DNA of 43,691 bases, taken from positions 1 through 43,691 of the forward strand of contig JAQXFL010000005.1 in NCBI GenBank assembly GCA_029250345.1, in the 5' to 3' direction. A program made the translations under genes and the position numbers. This document shows, in pieces, positions 1 through 8,413 of the stretch (position 1 is its first letter; each line of letters starts with the position of its first letter). The notes under the pieces are model-generated. The model worked only from the letters and a program-made list of their open reading frames with translations, did not search any database and was not told the DNA's origin. Origin of the DNA: Candidatus Poseidoniaceae archaeon (GTDB lineage: Archaea > Thermoplasmatota > Poseidoniia > Poseidoniales > Poseidoniaceae).

Positions 1-20
1 CTCGGCGAAGACGACGAAGA

Positions 21-632
21 TTAATGAAAAAATCCTTCCTCTTCAAGTCGCAGTTGTAGTTCCTCATTTTCAGTACTTAATGTTCGATGAGGCCCATCTT
101 TGGGTCGTTCAAGTCTCCATACTTCAAACCCAGCAGTTTCCATCGAATCTTTCGCTCGAGCCACGACCGCAGTTTTCGCTTCTCCACTGGCATCAATACT
201 GCCCTTGCTGATGAGGAGAATACAAATTTCATCCATTGTTTCTTCTGCAAGTTTTTGCACAGCACTGATTCTATCTTTCGAGATTCTTCCAGAACGCTCG
301 CACCAATCGTCCATCACAATGAGTTCAACACTCGGGAGTGAGTTGGAAGTCTGAATCAAAATCTCAACAGCTTGGTCAAAATCTCCACCAATGTTCATCG
401 CATGATACTTTGCAGAATTGGCGAGTGAAAGGTGTGAGAAAAGTTGCCCGAATCGAACGCCGTCAGGCATGAATGGAGATGCCCATAGGACGCGACCTCC
501 TCGTTCGATCACATCCGTTGCCATATGCAATCCTAGCGTTGTCCCGCCCACGCTTCCTTCAACAGCGAGGTGGATATTTTCGCCGGATTGCTTGAAGCGG
601 AATCTCCCCATGGGACGGGATGGATGGAACAC
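21..632 (-). CDS. RecA-superfamily (KaiC/RadB-like) single-domain protein with a degenerate P-loop
   Basis: 203-aa ORF. 'AVEGSVGGTTLG' sits where Walker A is expected but lacks the GK[ST] lysine. 'VELIVMDDW' is a Walker-B-like hydrophobic strand plus Asp. Size and layout match archaeal KaiC/RadB-like domains. Confidence 0.45.
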   Translation of the reverse strand: MFHPSRPMGRFRFKQSGENIHLAVEGSVGGTTLGLHMATDVIERGGRVLWASPFMPDGVRFGQLFSHLSLANSAKYHAMNIGGDFDQAVEILIQTSNSLPSVELIVMDDWCERSGRISKDRISAVQKLAEETMDEICILLISKGSIDASGEAKTAVVARAKDSMETAGFEVWRLERPKDGPHRTLSTENEELQLRLEEEGFFH

Positions 633-700
633 AGCATTGATACTTACCCATCGGCAATATCCTCAGCAACCTTCATGCCCTACCTGCACTACCCAACACT

Positions 701-925
701 ATGAGCGGCGACCTCGAAGTACGCAAGGGTGAACGGATTCCTCGACGCCCTCTTCCAGAGTTCAATGAGGCATCCTCATTCCGTGAAGCTCTTCAGCGAG
801 ACGGAATTTTGGGAACGATTCTCGGAGATTCAAACCAGTACGGGCCTTTGTCGATGCTCTTTGTTCTGCTCGGTGTGGCCACTGTGACAGGATTTCTCAT
901 CAAGATGATTTCCGTGTTTCTTTGA
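701..925 (+). CDS. Small tail-anchored membrane protein (hypothetical)
   Basis: 74-aa ORF with an ATG start, a charged N-terminal half and one C-terminal TM helix (LSMLFVLLGVATVTGFLIKMISVFL). No family recognised. Confidence 0.35.
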   Translation: MSGDLEVRKGERIPRRPLPEFNEASSFREALQRDGILGTILGDSNQYGPLSMLFVLLGVATVTGFLIKMISVFL

Positions 926-1013
926 ATTCGCCCCCTACTGCGGTTGAACAAAACCACATTTTTCTCCTTTTGATGACGGTAAACATCAAACCCTTTCCAC
1001 TGAACGAGCATCC

Positions 1014-1442
1014 ATGGATGAACAATCGGTTAACGTCGAAAGCCGAACCTCATCTCAGGACAAACGCTGGACAATCATGGCTGCCCTCCTCGGTACAAAC
1101 ACGGCTTTCATGCTGTTCCAAGGCATACAGCAGGAAGCAAATCCGCAACAAATCCGAGAAATCGCTCTCGCCATCATCGCCGCATCATTGCCGTTTCAGG
1201 GCATTTACTTTCTCATCTACACGTTCATGATGGAACACGATGGTGAACTTAGTCCTGAACGGATTGAACGGTTGAATATGGCTTCAGCGGTTTGTCAAAT
1301 CGTAGCGTATTTTTCGCTCATTGGCGTTGCAATGATGTGGTACAACATCTCTCTTTACGTAGGATTAGCGTTCCTGCTGTCCACTTCCCTTGCCATCATC
1401 TTGATTCGTTCCGTAATGACTCCTGTTCACATTGATGAATAA
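1014..1442 (+). CDS. Integral membrane protein, about 4 TM helices (hypothetical)
   Basis: 142-aa ORF with four hydrophobic segments (WTIMAALLG.., IALAIIAASLPFQGIYFLIY, AVCQIVAYFSLIGVAMMWY, LYVGLAFLLSTSLAIILI). Confidence 0.5.
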   Translation: MDEQSVNVESRTSSQDKRWTIMAALLGTNTAFMLFQGIQQEANPQQIREIALAIIAASLPFQGIYFLIYTFMMEHDGELSPERIERLNMASAVCQIVAYFSLIGVAMMWYNISLYVGLAFLLSTSLAIILIRSVMTPVHIDE

Positions 1443-1509
1443 TCTCTGACCTCGACGTGCATCGTAAACAACGGCAATGTTGATGAAGCGTGGCGTGTGG
1501 AGTTCAAGC

Positions 1510-2859
1510 ATGGCCTTCTGCCCACTGGATTATCGATACGGTTGCCAAGATTTCAAACGCATTTGGTCCGAAGTCGGACGCCACGAACGCCAACTCGAAG
1601 TTGAGCGTGCTTTGATATGGGCACACATGCAACTTGGTCGAGTCACTGAAGAGGACTACAATGCTGTTGCAGCGATTGCCAATCCAGATTCTGTTACCAA
1701 AGAGCGAGTCTCGGAAATCGAAGCCGAAACTCGCCACGATATTATGGCCCTCACCAAGGCGATGGCCGAAGCAGCTGGTGATGCTGGTTGGTGTATTCAT
1801 CTTGGAGCAACTTCGAACGATATTGTTGATACAGCGGTTGCATTGCAACTTCGTGACAGCATCGTTTTGCTTCGTGAGCAATTGTGCCTTCTCATAGGTG
1901 TGTGTGCAGACGTCGCAGAACGTGAACGAGATACAGTAATGCTCGGCCGTACGCACGGTCAAGCAGCAGTTCCGATCACTTTCGGTTTGAAAGCAGCAGT
2001 ATGGCTCGATGAACTTCGCAGGCATTTGGTCCGCTTGGATGAAGCAGCACCCCGAATTTCAGTTGGTAAGTTCCTCGGTGCAGTTGGTACCGGTGCTGCA
2101 CAAGGCGAGAATGCACGTGAGTTGCAACGGTTAATTCTGACCCATTTGGGTCTTGGCGTTCCGCTTGCAACCACTCAAGTTGTCGGCCGAGACCGGTACA
2201 TTGAGTACGTCTCATGGCTTTCCACTGTTGCAGCAACTTGCGAGAAGATTTTGCAAGAAGTCCGAAACTTACAACGCTCCGAACTGCGAGAAGCAGGTGA
2301 AGGGTTTGATGTCGAAAAGCAAGTTGGTTCGTCGACCATGGCTCACAAGAAAAACCCGATCAAGTCGGAGAACGCTTGTGGACTTGCACGCATTGTCCGT
2401 GCCATGATTATTCCAACCTACGAGAATGCGTTGTTGTGGCACGAACGAGACCTTACGAACTCCAGCAGTGAGCGTTTCACTCTCTCGCACGGTTCGGCTC
2501 TCTGTGAAGATGTACTTGCCAAAACTCGTGATGTTCTCAAGAACATGTGGGTCGACGCAGAACGATGCATGGCGAACATCAAAGCTCAGAAAGGTCTTGT
2601 GATGGCAGAGAAAGTCATGATTGATTTGGTCGACCACGGCATTCCTCGAGATGAGGCACACGAAATTCTTCGTGCGGCTTCTTTCGAAGCAGTGGATAAG
2701 AACCTCGAACTGATTGATGTCTGCAGCCGTACTCCTGAAATCTCAGCGGCGTTCTCTGCAGAAGAACTTGAGGCTATGTTCGAACCTGCAAACCACATTG
2801 GTGTGTCGGGTGAAATCGTCGACGAGTGCGTTGCTCTCGCTCGTCAAGCAATTGCTTGA
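1510..2859 (+). CDS. purB: Adenylosuccinate lyase
   Basis: Fumarate-lyase signature 'GSSTMAHKKNP' and 'GATSNDIVDTA'. N-terminus 'MAFCPLDYRYG' matches the usual PurB start, so ATG 1510 is preferred over ORF-track start 1477. Confidence 0.9.
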   Translation: MAFCPLDYRYGCQDFKRIWSEVGRHERQLEVERALIWAHMQLGRVTEEDYNAVAAIANPDSVTKERVSEIEAETRHDIMALTKAMAEAAGDAGWCIHLGATSNDIVDTAVALQLRDSIVLLREQLCLLIGVCADVAERERDTVMLGRTHGQAAVPITFGLKAAVWLDELRRHLVRLDEAAPRISVGKFLGAVGTGAAQGENARELQRLILTHLGLGVPLATTQVVGRDRYIEYVSWLSTVAATCEKILQEVRNLQRSELREAGEGFDVEKQVGSSTMAHKKNPIKSENACGLARIVRAMIIPTYENALLWHERDLTNSSSERFTLSHGSALCEDVLAKTRDVLKNMWVDAERCMANIKAQKGLVMAEKVMIDLVDHGIPRDEAHEILRAASFEAVDKNLELIDVCSRTPEISAAFSAEELEAMFEPANHIGVSGEIVDECVALARQAIA

Positions 2860-3509
2860 ACATCCGTAATTTCGTAGGTTCCTCGGACACCATCCCAGTG
2901 TACTTCTCCGGACAATTCCAGTCGACCAGGCAGATGAGGTCCGCCAGTTACCAACGTCTCGTATTCTCCACCTTCGCCGTCAACATTGAATCGGAATCGC
3001 TTTGCAAGTTGTTCAAGTTCGCTGAGAGATGATGCATCGAGTGTACGCCCAATCCATTCTTTCCCAAGCCCCTCACAACTCACCCCGGTAATGAAAACCT
3101 CGAACTTATTCTCGATGAGTCCACGCATGTGTGCTTCGCTTTGTTGGTGCCAAAGCGGCGTCCAACTTTTGATGTCGAGACGCTGTGCCATTCTTTCAAT
3201 TCTGCTTTTTTGGTAATCGGACCGCAATGCGCCACTCACAACACCGTCTATGTTCAGCTGTGCTAACGCTTCTTCAAGATCTTGAATTTCTTCCTCTTGA
3301 ACACCTTTGGTTTCAACTTCAATCCAGGGAATCTCAGCAAGTCGGGCTTGGTGTTCGACCAAATGAGTACCGGGAACTTGGAACATCCACGAATCTCCGC
3401 CGGTAATGCGAACCGTCACAAGATGAGTTACATCCCATCCACGGCAAGTTGCCCACCACCATGCAGCAGCGGAGTCTTTGCCGCCGGAGGAGAGCACTGC
3501 GACGCGCAT
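2844..3509 (-). CDS. dph6: Diphthine-ammonia ligase (Dph6 / MJ0570-type PP-loop ATPase)
   Basis: 'MRVAVLSSGGKDS' PP-loop, 'GALRSDYQKSRIE', 'TPLWH', 'GEGGEYETLV'. Start set at internal ATG (cat at 3507-3509). The 126 upstream codons of ORF 2844..3887 are non-homologous and cross the psmA start. The 3' end overlaps convergent purB by 16 nt. Confidence 0.8.
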   Translation of the reverse strand: MRVAVLSSGGKDSAAAWWWATCRGWDVTHLVTVRITGGDSWMFQVPGTHLVEHQARLAEIPWIEVETKGVQEEEIQDLEEALAQLNIDGVVSGALRSDYQKSRIERMAQRLDIKSWTPLWHQQSEAHMRGLIENKFEVFITGVSCEGLGKEWIGRTLDASSLSELEQLAKRFRFNVDGEGGEYETLVTGGPHLPGRLELSGEVHWDGVRGTYEITDVQAIA

Positions 3510-3681
3510 GGTGTTGCTACATGCCTCTGTTTGAAGAGGTTGGGGGTGAAGTGGTGATGTGTAAGGGTTCAAATGGGGTGGCGTTGAGTGGTTTGTATCT
3601 CGGCCGGTGAGTGTGTGTTCATGCGAGTGAACCCGTATCCTCATAAAGCGTCGATTTAAGGACACAGTGAGAGTGAACGAA

Positions 3682-4404
3682 ATGCAACCAAGCGGAAGAG
3701 GATATGACCACGGAATTACTACTTTTAGCCCAGACGGACGATTGTTCCAAGTTGAATACGCTCGAGAATCTGTAAAGCGTGGAACCACAACAGCCGGACT
3801 CAAGTTCCGTGACGGCGTGGTTCTGGTTTGTGACAAGCGCATTGTTAGTCGTCTTATTATCCCAGAATCCATTGAAAAGATGTTCAAGATTGACGAACAT
3901 ATTGGAATCGCAACCTCTGGCTTGGTCGCTGATGCTCGCCAACTCGTTGCACGTGCTCGTGTTGATGCTCAAGTCAACCGTATCACATACGCTGCAAGCG
4001 TTCCAGTCGATGTTTTGGTCAAGAAACTCTGTGACTTCAAGCAGTCGTTCACCCAATACGGTGGTTCACGACCGTTTGGTACGGCGTTGTTGATTGGCGG
4101 TGTTGACCCGAACGGTATCCACCTCTACGAAACCGACCCAAGTGGCGCATACCAGTCCTACCACGCTGGTGCTATCGGTAGCGGAAGAAACACCGTGATT
4201 GAATACTTCGAATCCAATTGGAAAGAAGGCCTAACACTCAATGCAGCAATGAAACTCGGGCTCGAAGCTCTTCGCAGTGCGAACGATACCGAACTAAACA
4301 GAGAAGCTGTGGAAGTTACCGTTGTTGATGGTGATGGATACCGTGTTCTCGACCGTTCTGAAGTGAACAAGCAAATCGACCGCTTGAAACCACTTGAGGA
4401 CTGA
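3682..4404 (+). CDS. psmA: Proteasome subunit alpha
   Basis: 'GYDHGITTFSPDGRLFQVEYA' is the canonical alpha-subunit N-terminus. ATG 3682 is in frame with the GTG 3667 listed in the ORF track. Confidence 0.95.
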   Translation: MQPSGRGYDHGITTFSPDGRLFQVEYARESVKRGTTTAGLKFRDGVVLVCDKRIVSRLIIPESIEKMFKIDEHIGIATSGLVADARQLVARARVDAQVNRITYAASVPVDVLVKKLCDFKQSFTQYGGSRPFGTALLIGGVDPNGIHLYETDPSGAYQSYHAGAIGSGRNTVIEYFESNWKEGLTLNAAMKLGLEALRSANDTELNREAVEVTVVDGDGYRVLDRSEVNKQIDRLKPLED

Positions 4405-4459
4405 GTTTAGATAACCACGTTCAAATGCCGCCTCCCGACTCAACAGTCGAGGGAACATT

Positions 4460-5146
4460 ATGGTAAGTCTTGATGATGCCGTGCTCGCACGCATGGAAAA
4501 AGGTGGAAAGCGATACGAATTACTGGTCGATCCGAACTTAGTTGATGTGTTTAAGTCTGAACCGGCATCGGTCGACCTCAATGCCTTTCTAGCAATGGAC
4601 GAGGTGTTCCATGACATACGAGGCGGCGAACGACCAACTGAGGATGCCATTGAGAATACCTTTGGCACACAAGACATTTTTGAAATCACCAAAACCGTAT
4701 TGTCTAAAGGGAGTATACAACTTACGACAGCTCAACGTAAAGCCCGTGTTGAGCAAATGCGTCAACAAATCGTTCACGAAATACACACACAAGCAGTTGA
4801 TCCGAAGACCAAGAGCCCTCATCCAAAAACTCGGATTGAATTGGCACTCAATGAGTCTCGTTACTCGGTTGATCCATTCAAGCGCTTGGATGATCAAGTC
4901 AAAGACGCTATTGAATTGCTTAAACCCATGATTCCACTGTCTTTTGAATCGGTACGGCTTGCTGTCCGAGTCCCTGGTTCTGCTTACGGTGGCTCGTCCC
5001 GAATTTTGCGTCCATATCTTGAGAAGGAACAATGGCTTGAAAACGGCTCTTGGGCCGGAATTATAGAGATTCCCGCAGGTATGAAAGACACCATTTATGG
5101 GAAATTGATGAGCCAATCATCCGATACCGAAATGAAGGAACTTTGA
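4460..5146 (+). CDS. sdo1: SBDS/Sdo1 family ribosome maturation protein
   Basis: N-terminus 'LDDAVLARMEKGGKRYELLVDP' is typical of archaeal SBDS. It sits between psmA and rrp4 as in the conserved archaeal superoperon. Confidence 0.9.
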   Translation: MVSLDDAVLARMEKGGKRYELLVDPNLVDVFKSEPASVDLNAFLAMDEVFHDIRGGERPTEDAIENTFGTQDIFEITKTVLSKGSIQLTTAQRKARVEQMRQQIVHEIHTQAVDPKTKSPHPKTRIELALNESRYSVDPFKRLDDQVKDAIELLKPMIPLSFESVRLAVRVPGSAYGGSSRILRPYLEKEQWLENGSWAGIIEIPAGMKDTIYGKLMSQSSDTEMKEL

Positions 5147-5229
5147 ACCAATTTTATTGGGGTTCGATAGAATCCCTATGGGTCGGTTTTATCATGGGTT
5201 GGCGATTCGCCACGAATGGAGAGAAAGAA

Positions 5230-5925
5230 ATGTCCAACGGTCAAAACGGCGCCGAGCAGCGCCTCGTGACCCCGGGTATGGCTATTGGGCCATCAGCCGG
5301 GATTCGCGTAGGAAGTGGTGCACTCGCACAAAACGATACAATCATTGCTACCCGACTCGGGTGGGTTAAAGAATTCAACAATACGGTGTCTGTCGACCCG
5401 ATTAACAGTGCTTACATGCCTCGCTCTGGTGACCTCATCGTCGCTACAGTGGCGGAAGTTCGTAACAATCTTTGGTTCATGAACATCAACGGCCCGTTCC
5501 AGGGTCTTTTGCCAATGTCGCTTGCGCCATGGAAGGTCGAATTCGGCGCTGCACGCCAGCACATGGGAATCGGCGATGTCGTTCTTGCCCGTGTTCAAGA
5601 AGTCGACGAGTGCCACAATGTCGTCCTCACAATGAAGGGTGTCGGCCTACGCAGACTTACTCAAGGCTCTCTACACTCTGTACCAATCAACCATCTTGAC
5701 CGCCTTCGTGGAGAAGGAAACGCAACTCTGCAACGTCTTCGAGACGCTTGTGATTGCCGAATTATTGTCGGTGAAAACGGCAAAGTTTGGGTTGACGGTG
5801 ATTCAGAAGGAACTGCTTGGGCTCGCCAAGCGTTCGATTTAGTCCGCAATTCAGGACACAAAGACACATTCGAAGCAGATTTAACTGCTCTTGAAAAAAA
5901 TACTCCAAAAAAGGGTGATGCTTAA
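5230..5925 (+). CDS. rrp4: Exosome complex RNA-binding protein Rrp4 (S1 + KH)
   Basis: S1-like 'GDLIVATVAEVRNNLWFMNING' and KH-like 'CRIIVGENGKVWVDG'. ATG 5230 is preceded by 'ggagagaaagaa'. The ORF-track start 5050 overlaps the SBDS gene. ATG 5194 is an alternative start. Confidence 0.85.
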   Translation: MSNGQNGAEQRLVTPGMAIGPSAGIRVGSGALAQNDTIIATRLGWVKEFNNTVSVDPINSAYMPRSGDLIVATVAEVRNNLWFMNINGPFQGLLPMSLAPWKVEFGAARQHMGIGDVVLARVQEVDECHNVVLTMKGVGLRRLTQGSLHSVPINHLDRLRGEGNATLQRLRDACDCRIIVGENGKVWVDGDSEGTAWARQAFDLVRNSGHKDTFEADLTALEKNTPKKGDA

Positions 5926-6653
5926 TGGGCGGATACGGTGATGTACAATTATTACGCGACGACGGTCTTCGACTGGACGGACGCAAGCTAGACGAAATGC
6001 GACCAGTCTCCATCGAAGCGGGAATTCTTCCTGCTGCTGATGGCTCAGCAATGGTTACGCATGGATTGAACGTTGCAGTTGCTGCAGTCTACGGACCTAT
6101 GGAAGCGCATCCTCGAAAGATTCAACGCCAAGACCGTGCGGTGATCGATGTTCGATACAACATGGCTCCGTTTTCAACCGGTGACCGGATTCGTCCAGGT
6201 TACAACCGACGTTCACGTGAAATCTCCAAGGTGACAGCAGAAGCGCTTGAATCCGTCGTCCTCGTTGAACGATACCCTCGCTCAAAGATACGTGTAGAAA
6301 TCGAAATCTTGGCTGCTGAAGCCGGAACTCGCTGCGCAGGAATTACTGCCGCTGCAGTTGCCCTTGCTGATGCTGGAATCCCAATGCGTGACCTCATTGT
6401 TGGTGTCGCATCTGGTAAAGTCGAAGACACCGTTGTCCTCGACCTCGACAAGGCTGAGGATAACTACGGACAAGCAGATTTGCCCGTCGGTATTCTTCCA
6501 AACACAGGCGAAATTGCATTCCTCCAAATGGATGGCGACCTCTCCCCTGATGAATACAATCTAGCAATGGAGTACAATTTCAAAGCAGCCGCTGAGATTC
6601 ACGAAATCATGGTTGATGCTCTCAAGCGACGATACGAAGGGGGCGAAAACTGA
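5925..6653 (+). CDS. rrp41: Exosome complex exonuclease Rrp41 (RNase PH domain)
   Basis: 'RLDGRKLDEMRP', an RNase PH fold sequence, and 'YGQADLPV'. Start overlaps the rrp4 stop (TAATG). Confidence 0.9.
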   Translation: MGGYGDVQLLRDDGLRLDGRKLDEMRPVSIEAGILPAADGSAMVTHGLNVAVAAVYGPMEAHPRKIQRQDRAVIDVRYNMAPFSTGDRIRPGYNRRSREISKVTAEALESVVLVERYPRSKIRVEIEILAAEAGTRCAGITAAAVALADAGIPMRDLIVGVASGKVEDTVVLDLDKAEDNYGQADLPVGILPNTGEIAFLQMDGDLSPDEYNLAMEYNFKAAAEIHEIMVDALKRRYEGGEN

Positions 6654-7438
6654 TGGTCGAACTCGTACCAACATTGCTTCGCCAAGAACTCGCTCGTCTT
6701 GCAGAAGACGATCAACGACTCGACGGACGCAGCCAATGGGAAGGCCGAGAAGTCAGTCTCGAAGTGGACTGCCTCTACAACGCTGAAGGTTCAGCAAAGG
6801 TCGTCATGGGCAAAACCATCGTTTATGCCGGTGTTAAGTTCGAACTCCGAACACCTTGGCCTGACCGCCCTACACAGGGTTCACTCATGTGTGGTGCAGA
6901 ACTACGTCCTGTGGCTCACCGCAAGTATGAACCTGGGCCACCATCACCGCAATCCATTGAACTTGGCCGTGTAGTTGACCGTGGAATCCGTGAATCCGGA
7001 TGCATCGACATGGAGAGTCTCTGTATTGTTCCTGGAGAGAAGGTCTGGGGCGTCATGATTGACATCCACGTTCTTTCCGACGGCGGAAATATTTTCGACG
7101 CTTGCGGACTTGCCGCAATCGCTGCTTTGCGAACGGCAATTGTTCCTGCTGAACGATTTGATGTTGGCGAAGATTACAAGCTGAAAGTCAACGGAACACC
7201 CATCATGTCATCCTTTACTCGTGTCGGAGGCCGTTACATTTACGACCCATCTGAAGAGGAGGAACTCGGTGGCGATGAGCGAATTCATATCACTCTCGGA
7301 GACGAGGGTCACCTCCATTCCCTACAAAAGGGGTTAAGAGGGGTGTTCACGCCGGCCGAATTTGCAGAGATATTCGATGTGGCACATCAGCGATGCGCCG
7401 ATCTTCGAACACTCGTGGCAAACCAGGAGGGGAACTGA
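6653..7438 (+). CDS. rrp42: Exosome complex protein Rrp42 (inactive RNase PH-like)
   Basis: 'RLDGRSQWEGREV' RNase-PH-like protein immediately after rrp41, with a TGATG overlap. Confidence 0.9.
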   Translation: MVELVPTLLRQELARLAEDDQRLDGRSQWEGREVSLEVDCLYNAEGSAKVVMGKTIVYAGVKFELRTPWPDRPTQGSLMCGAELRPVAHRKYEPGPPSPQSIELGRVVDRGIRESGCIDMESLCIVPGEKVWGVMIDIHVLSDGGNIFDACGLAAIAALRTAIVPAERFDVGEDYKLKVNGTPIMSSFTRVGGRYIYDPSEEEELGGDERIHITLGDEGHLHSLQKGLRGVFTPAEFAEIFDVAHQRCADLRTLVANQEGN

Positions 7439-7798
7439 TTGGCAAAGCGAACACAAAAAGCAGGCGCAACAGCACGATTTGGAGCTCGATACGGTGTATC
7501 CGTTCGACGTAACGCAGGGTCAGCACTGGCGAAGAAAACCGCCAAGTATACCTGCCCAGTATGCCAATACCGTAAGGTGACCCGACAATCCGTAGGAATT
7601 TGGTCCTGTGGAAAGTGCGGACACACCTTCGCTGGTGGCGCATGGGAACCTTTCACACGTGCTTCAGATACAAACAGCCGAATTCTACGCCGTTCAGTCG
7701 AAGGTGCAACCACCGCAGACATGGCATTCATCGCTCAACAAGCAGCAATGGATTATGAGCGTGCACTCGCTGCTGGCGAAATCTCTGAAGAAGAGTGA
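7439..7798 (+). CDS. rpl37ae: 50S ribosomal protein L37Ae (eL43), C-terminally extended
   Basis: 'AKRTQKAGATARFGARYG' and zinc ribbon 'CPVCQ...CGKCGHTFAGGAW'. Apparent TTG start follows directly after the rrp42 stop. Confidence 0.85.
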   Translation: MAKRTQKAGATARFGARYGVSVRRNAGSALAKKTAKYTCPVCQYRKVTRQSVGIWSCGKCGHTFAGGAWEPFTRASDTNSRILRRSVEGATTADMAFIAQQAAMDYERALAAGEISEEE

Positions 7799-7820
7799 AC
7801 ACTCTCGTGGAGTGTTGACG

Positions 7821-8075
7821 ATGTCGTGGTCATTGACCCTGTCAGTTCAATCCAATTCACGTGAAGATACCAAGGCTCTTGCTGATGCACTCATCACAGA
7901 TGAAGATGTCATTTGGGCAACTTCGAAAGAGCATTTCTCATTCCAATTGAATGAAGAAAAAGCAAAGGATTTGCGTGCAATGCTTAACACCCGTATGCGT
8001 GGTCTCATCGCAGTGGATTCTCTGCTTGCATCTCTCGTGGACCAGTCCGAGGGTTCATCAACCCAAGGCCAGTGA
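7821..8075 (+). CDS. pcc1: KEOPS complex subunit Pcc1-like
   Basis: 84 aa. 'LTLSV..S..DTKALADAL' and 'AKDLRAMLNTRMRGL' resemble the Pcc1 pattern (A.D...LRA.lNs.lR). Position next to prefoldin beta is as in the archaeal superoperon. The ORF-track start 7608 overlaps rpl37ae. Confidence 0.55.
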   Translation: MSWSLTLSVQSNSREDTKALADALITDEDVIWATSKEHFSFQLNEEKAKDLRAMLNTRMRGLIAVDSLLASLVDQSEGSSTQGQ

Positions 8076-8092
8076 GAAGAACAGGTGAGCGT

Positions 8093-8413
8093 ATGGATAA
8101 CATGGAACAACTGCAAGTCGTCGTCAACGAAGTTCAGTCTGCACGTCAGCAACTCGCTAACTTACGAGCTCAAGTTTTGGAACTTGAGACCACGCTTGAA
8201 TCGGTCAAGACACAACCAGCAGACCTGGCACTTCACCAACAAATGGGTGGCGTGATGGTGGAAGTTTCCGATCGTGAAGCACTCGTCAAGGAACTCGATC
8301 AAACACTCACGGCTCTCAAAGAGCACCTCGAACGGTTCGCTGGACGAGAAGCTGAACTTCTTGCGACCTATGACCAGCTCAAACAAATGCTTTCGGGGTC
8401 GGAGAACGCATGA
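8093..8413 (+). CDS. pfdB: Prefoldin subunit beta
   Basis: About 106-aa coiled-coil/beta-hairpin/coiled-coil protein (central 'QQMGGVMVEVSDREA'). ATG 8093 is preceded by 'aggtga'. GTG 8072, overlapping the pcc1 stop, is an alternative start. Confidence 0.8.
   Translation: MDNMEQLQVVVNEVQSARQQLANLRAQVLELETTLESVKTQPADLALHQQMGGVMVEVSDREALVKELDQTLTALKEHLERFAGREAELLATYDQLKQMLSGSENA

Noticed and set aside
701-925. Small tail-anchored protein as Sec61-beta (archaeal SecG).
   Set aside because: The topology fits, but the conserved 'GL.R[YF]...' segment preceding the TM is not convincingly present. Left as hypothetical.
3538-3590. Possible G-quadruplex in the dph6/psmA spacer.
   Set aside because: Only three runs of three or more G residues are present within a reasonable span, so it does not meet the four-tract requirement.
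3510-3887. A 126-codon N-terminal extension of the dph6 ORF (the ORF track gives 2844..3887).
   Set aside because: Dph6/MJ0570 proteins begin at the PP-loop (M.VA.LSGGKDS). The extension is Pro/His/Thr-rich, non-homologous, and runs across the psmA start codon.
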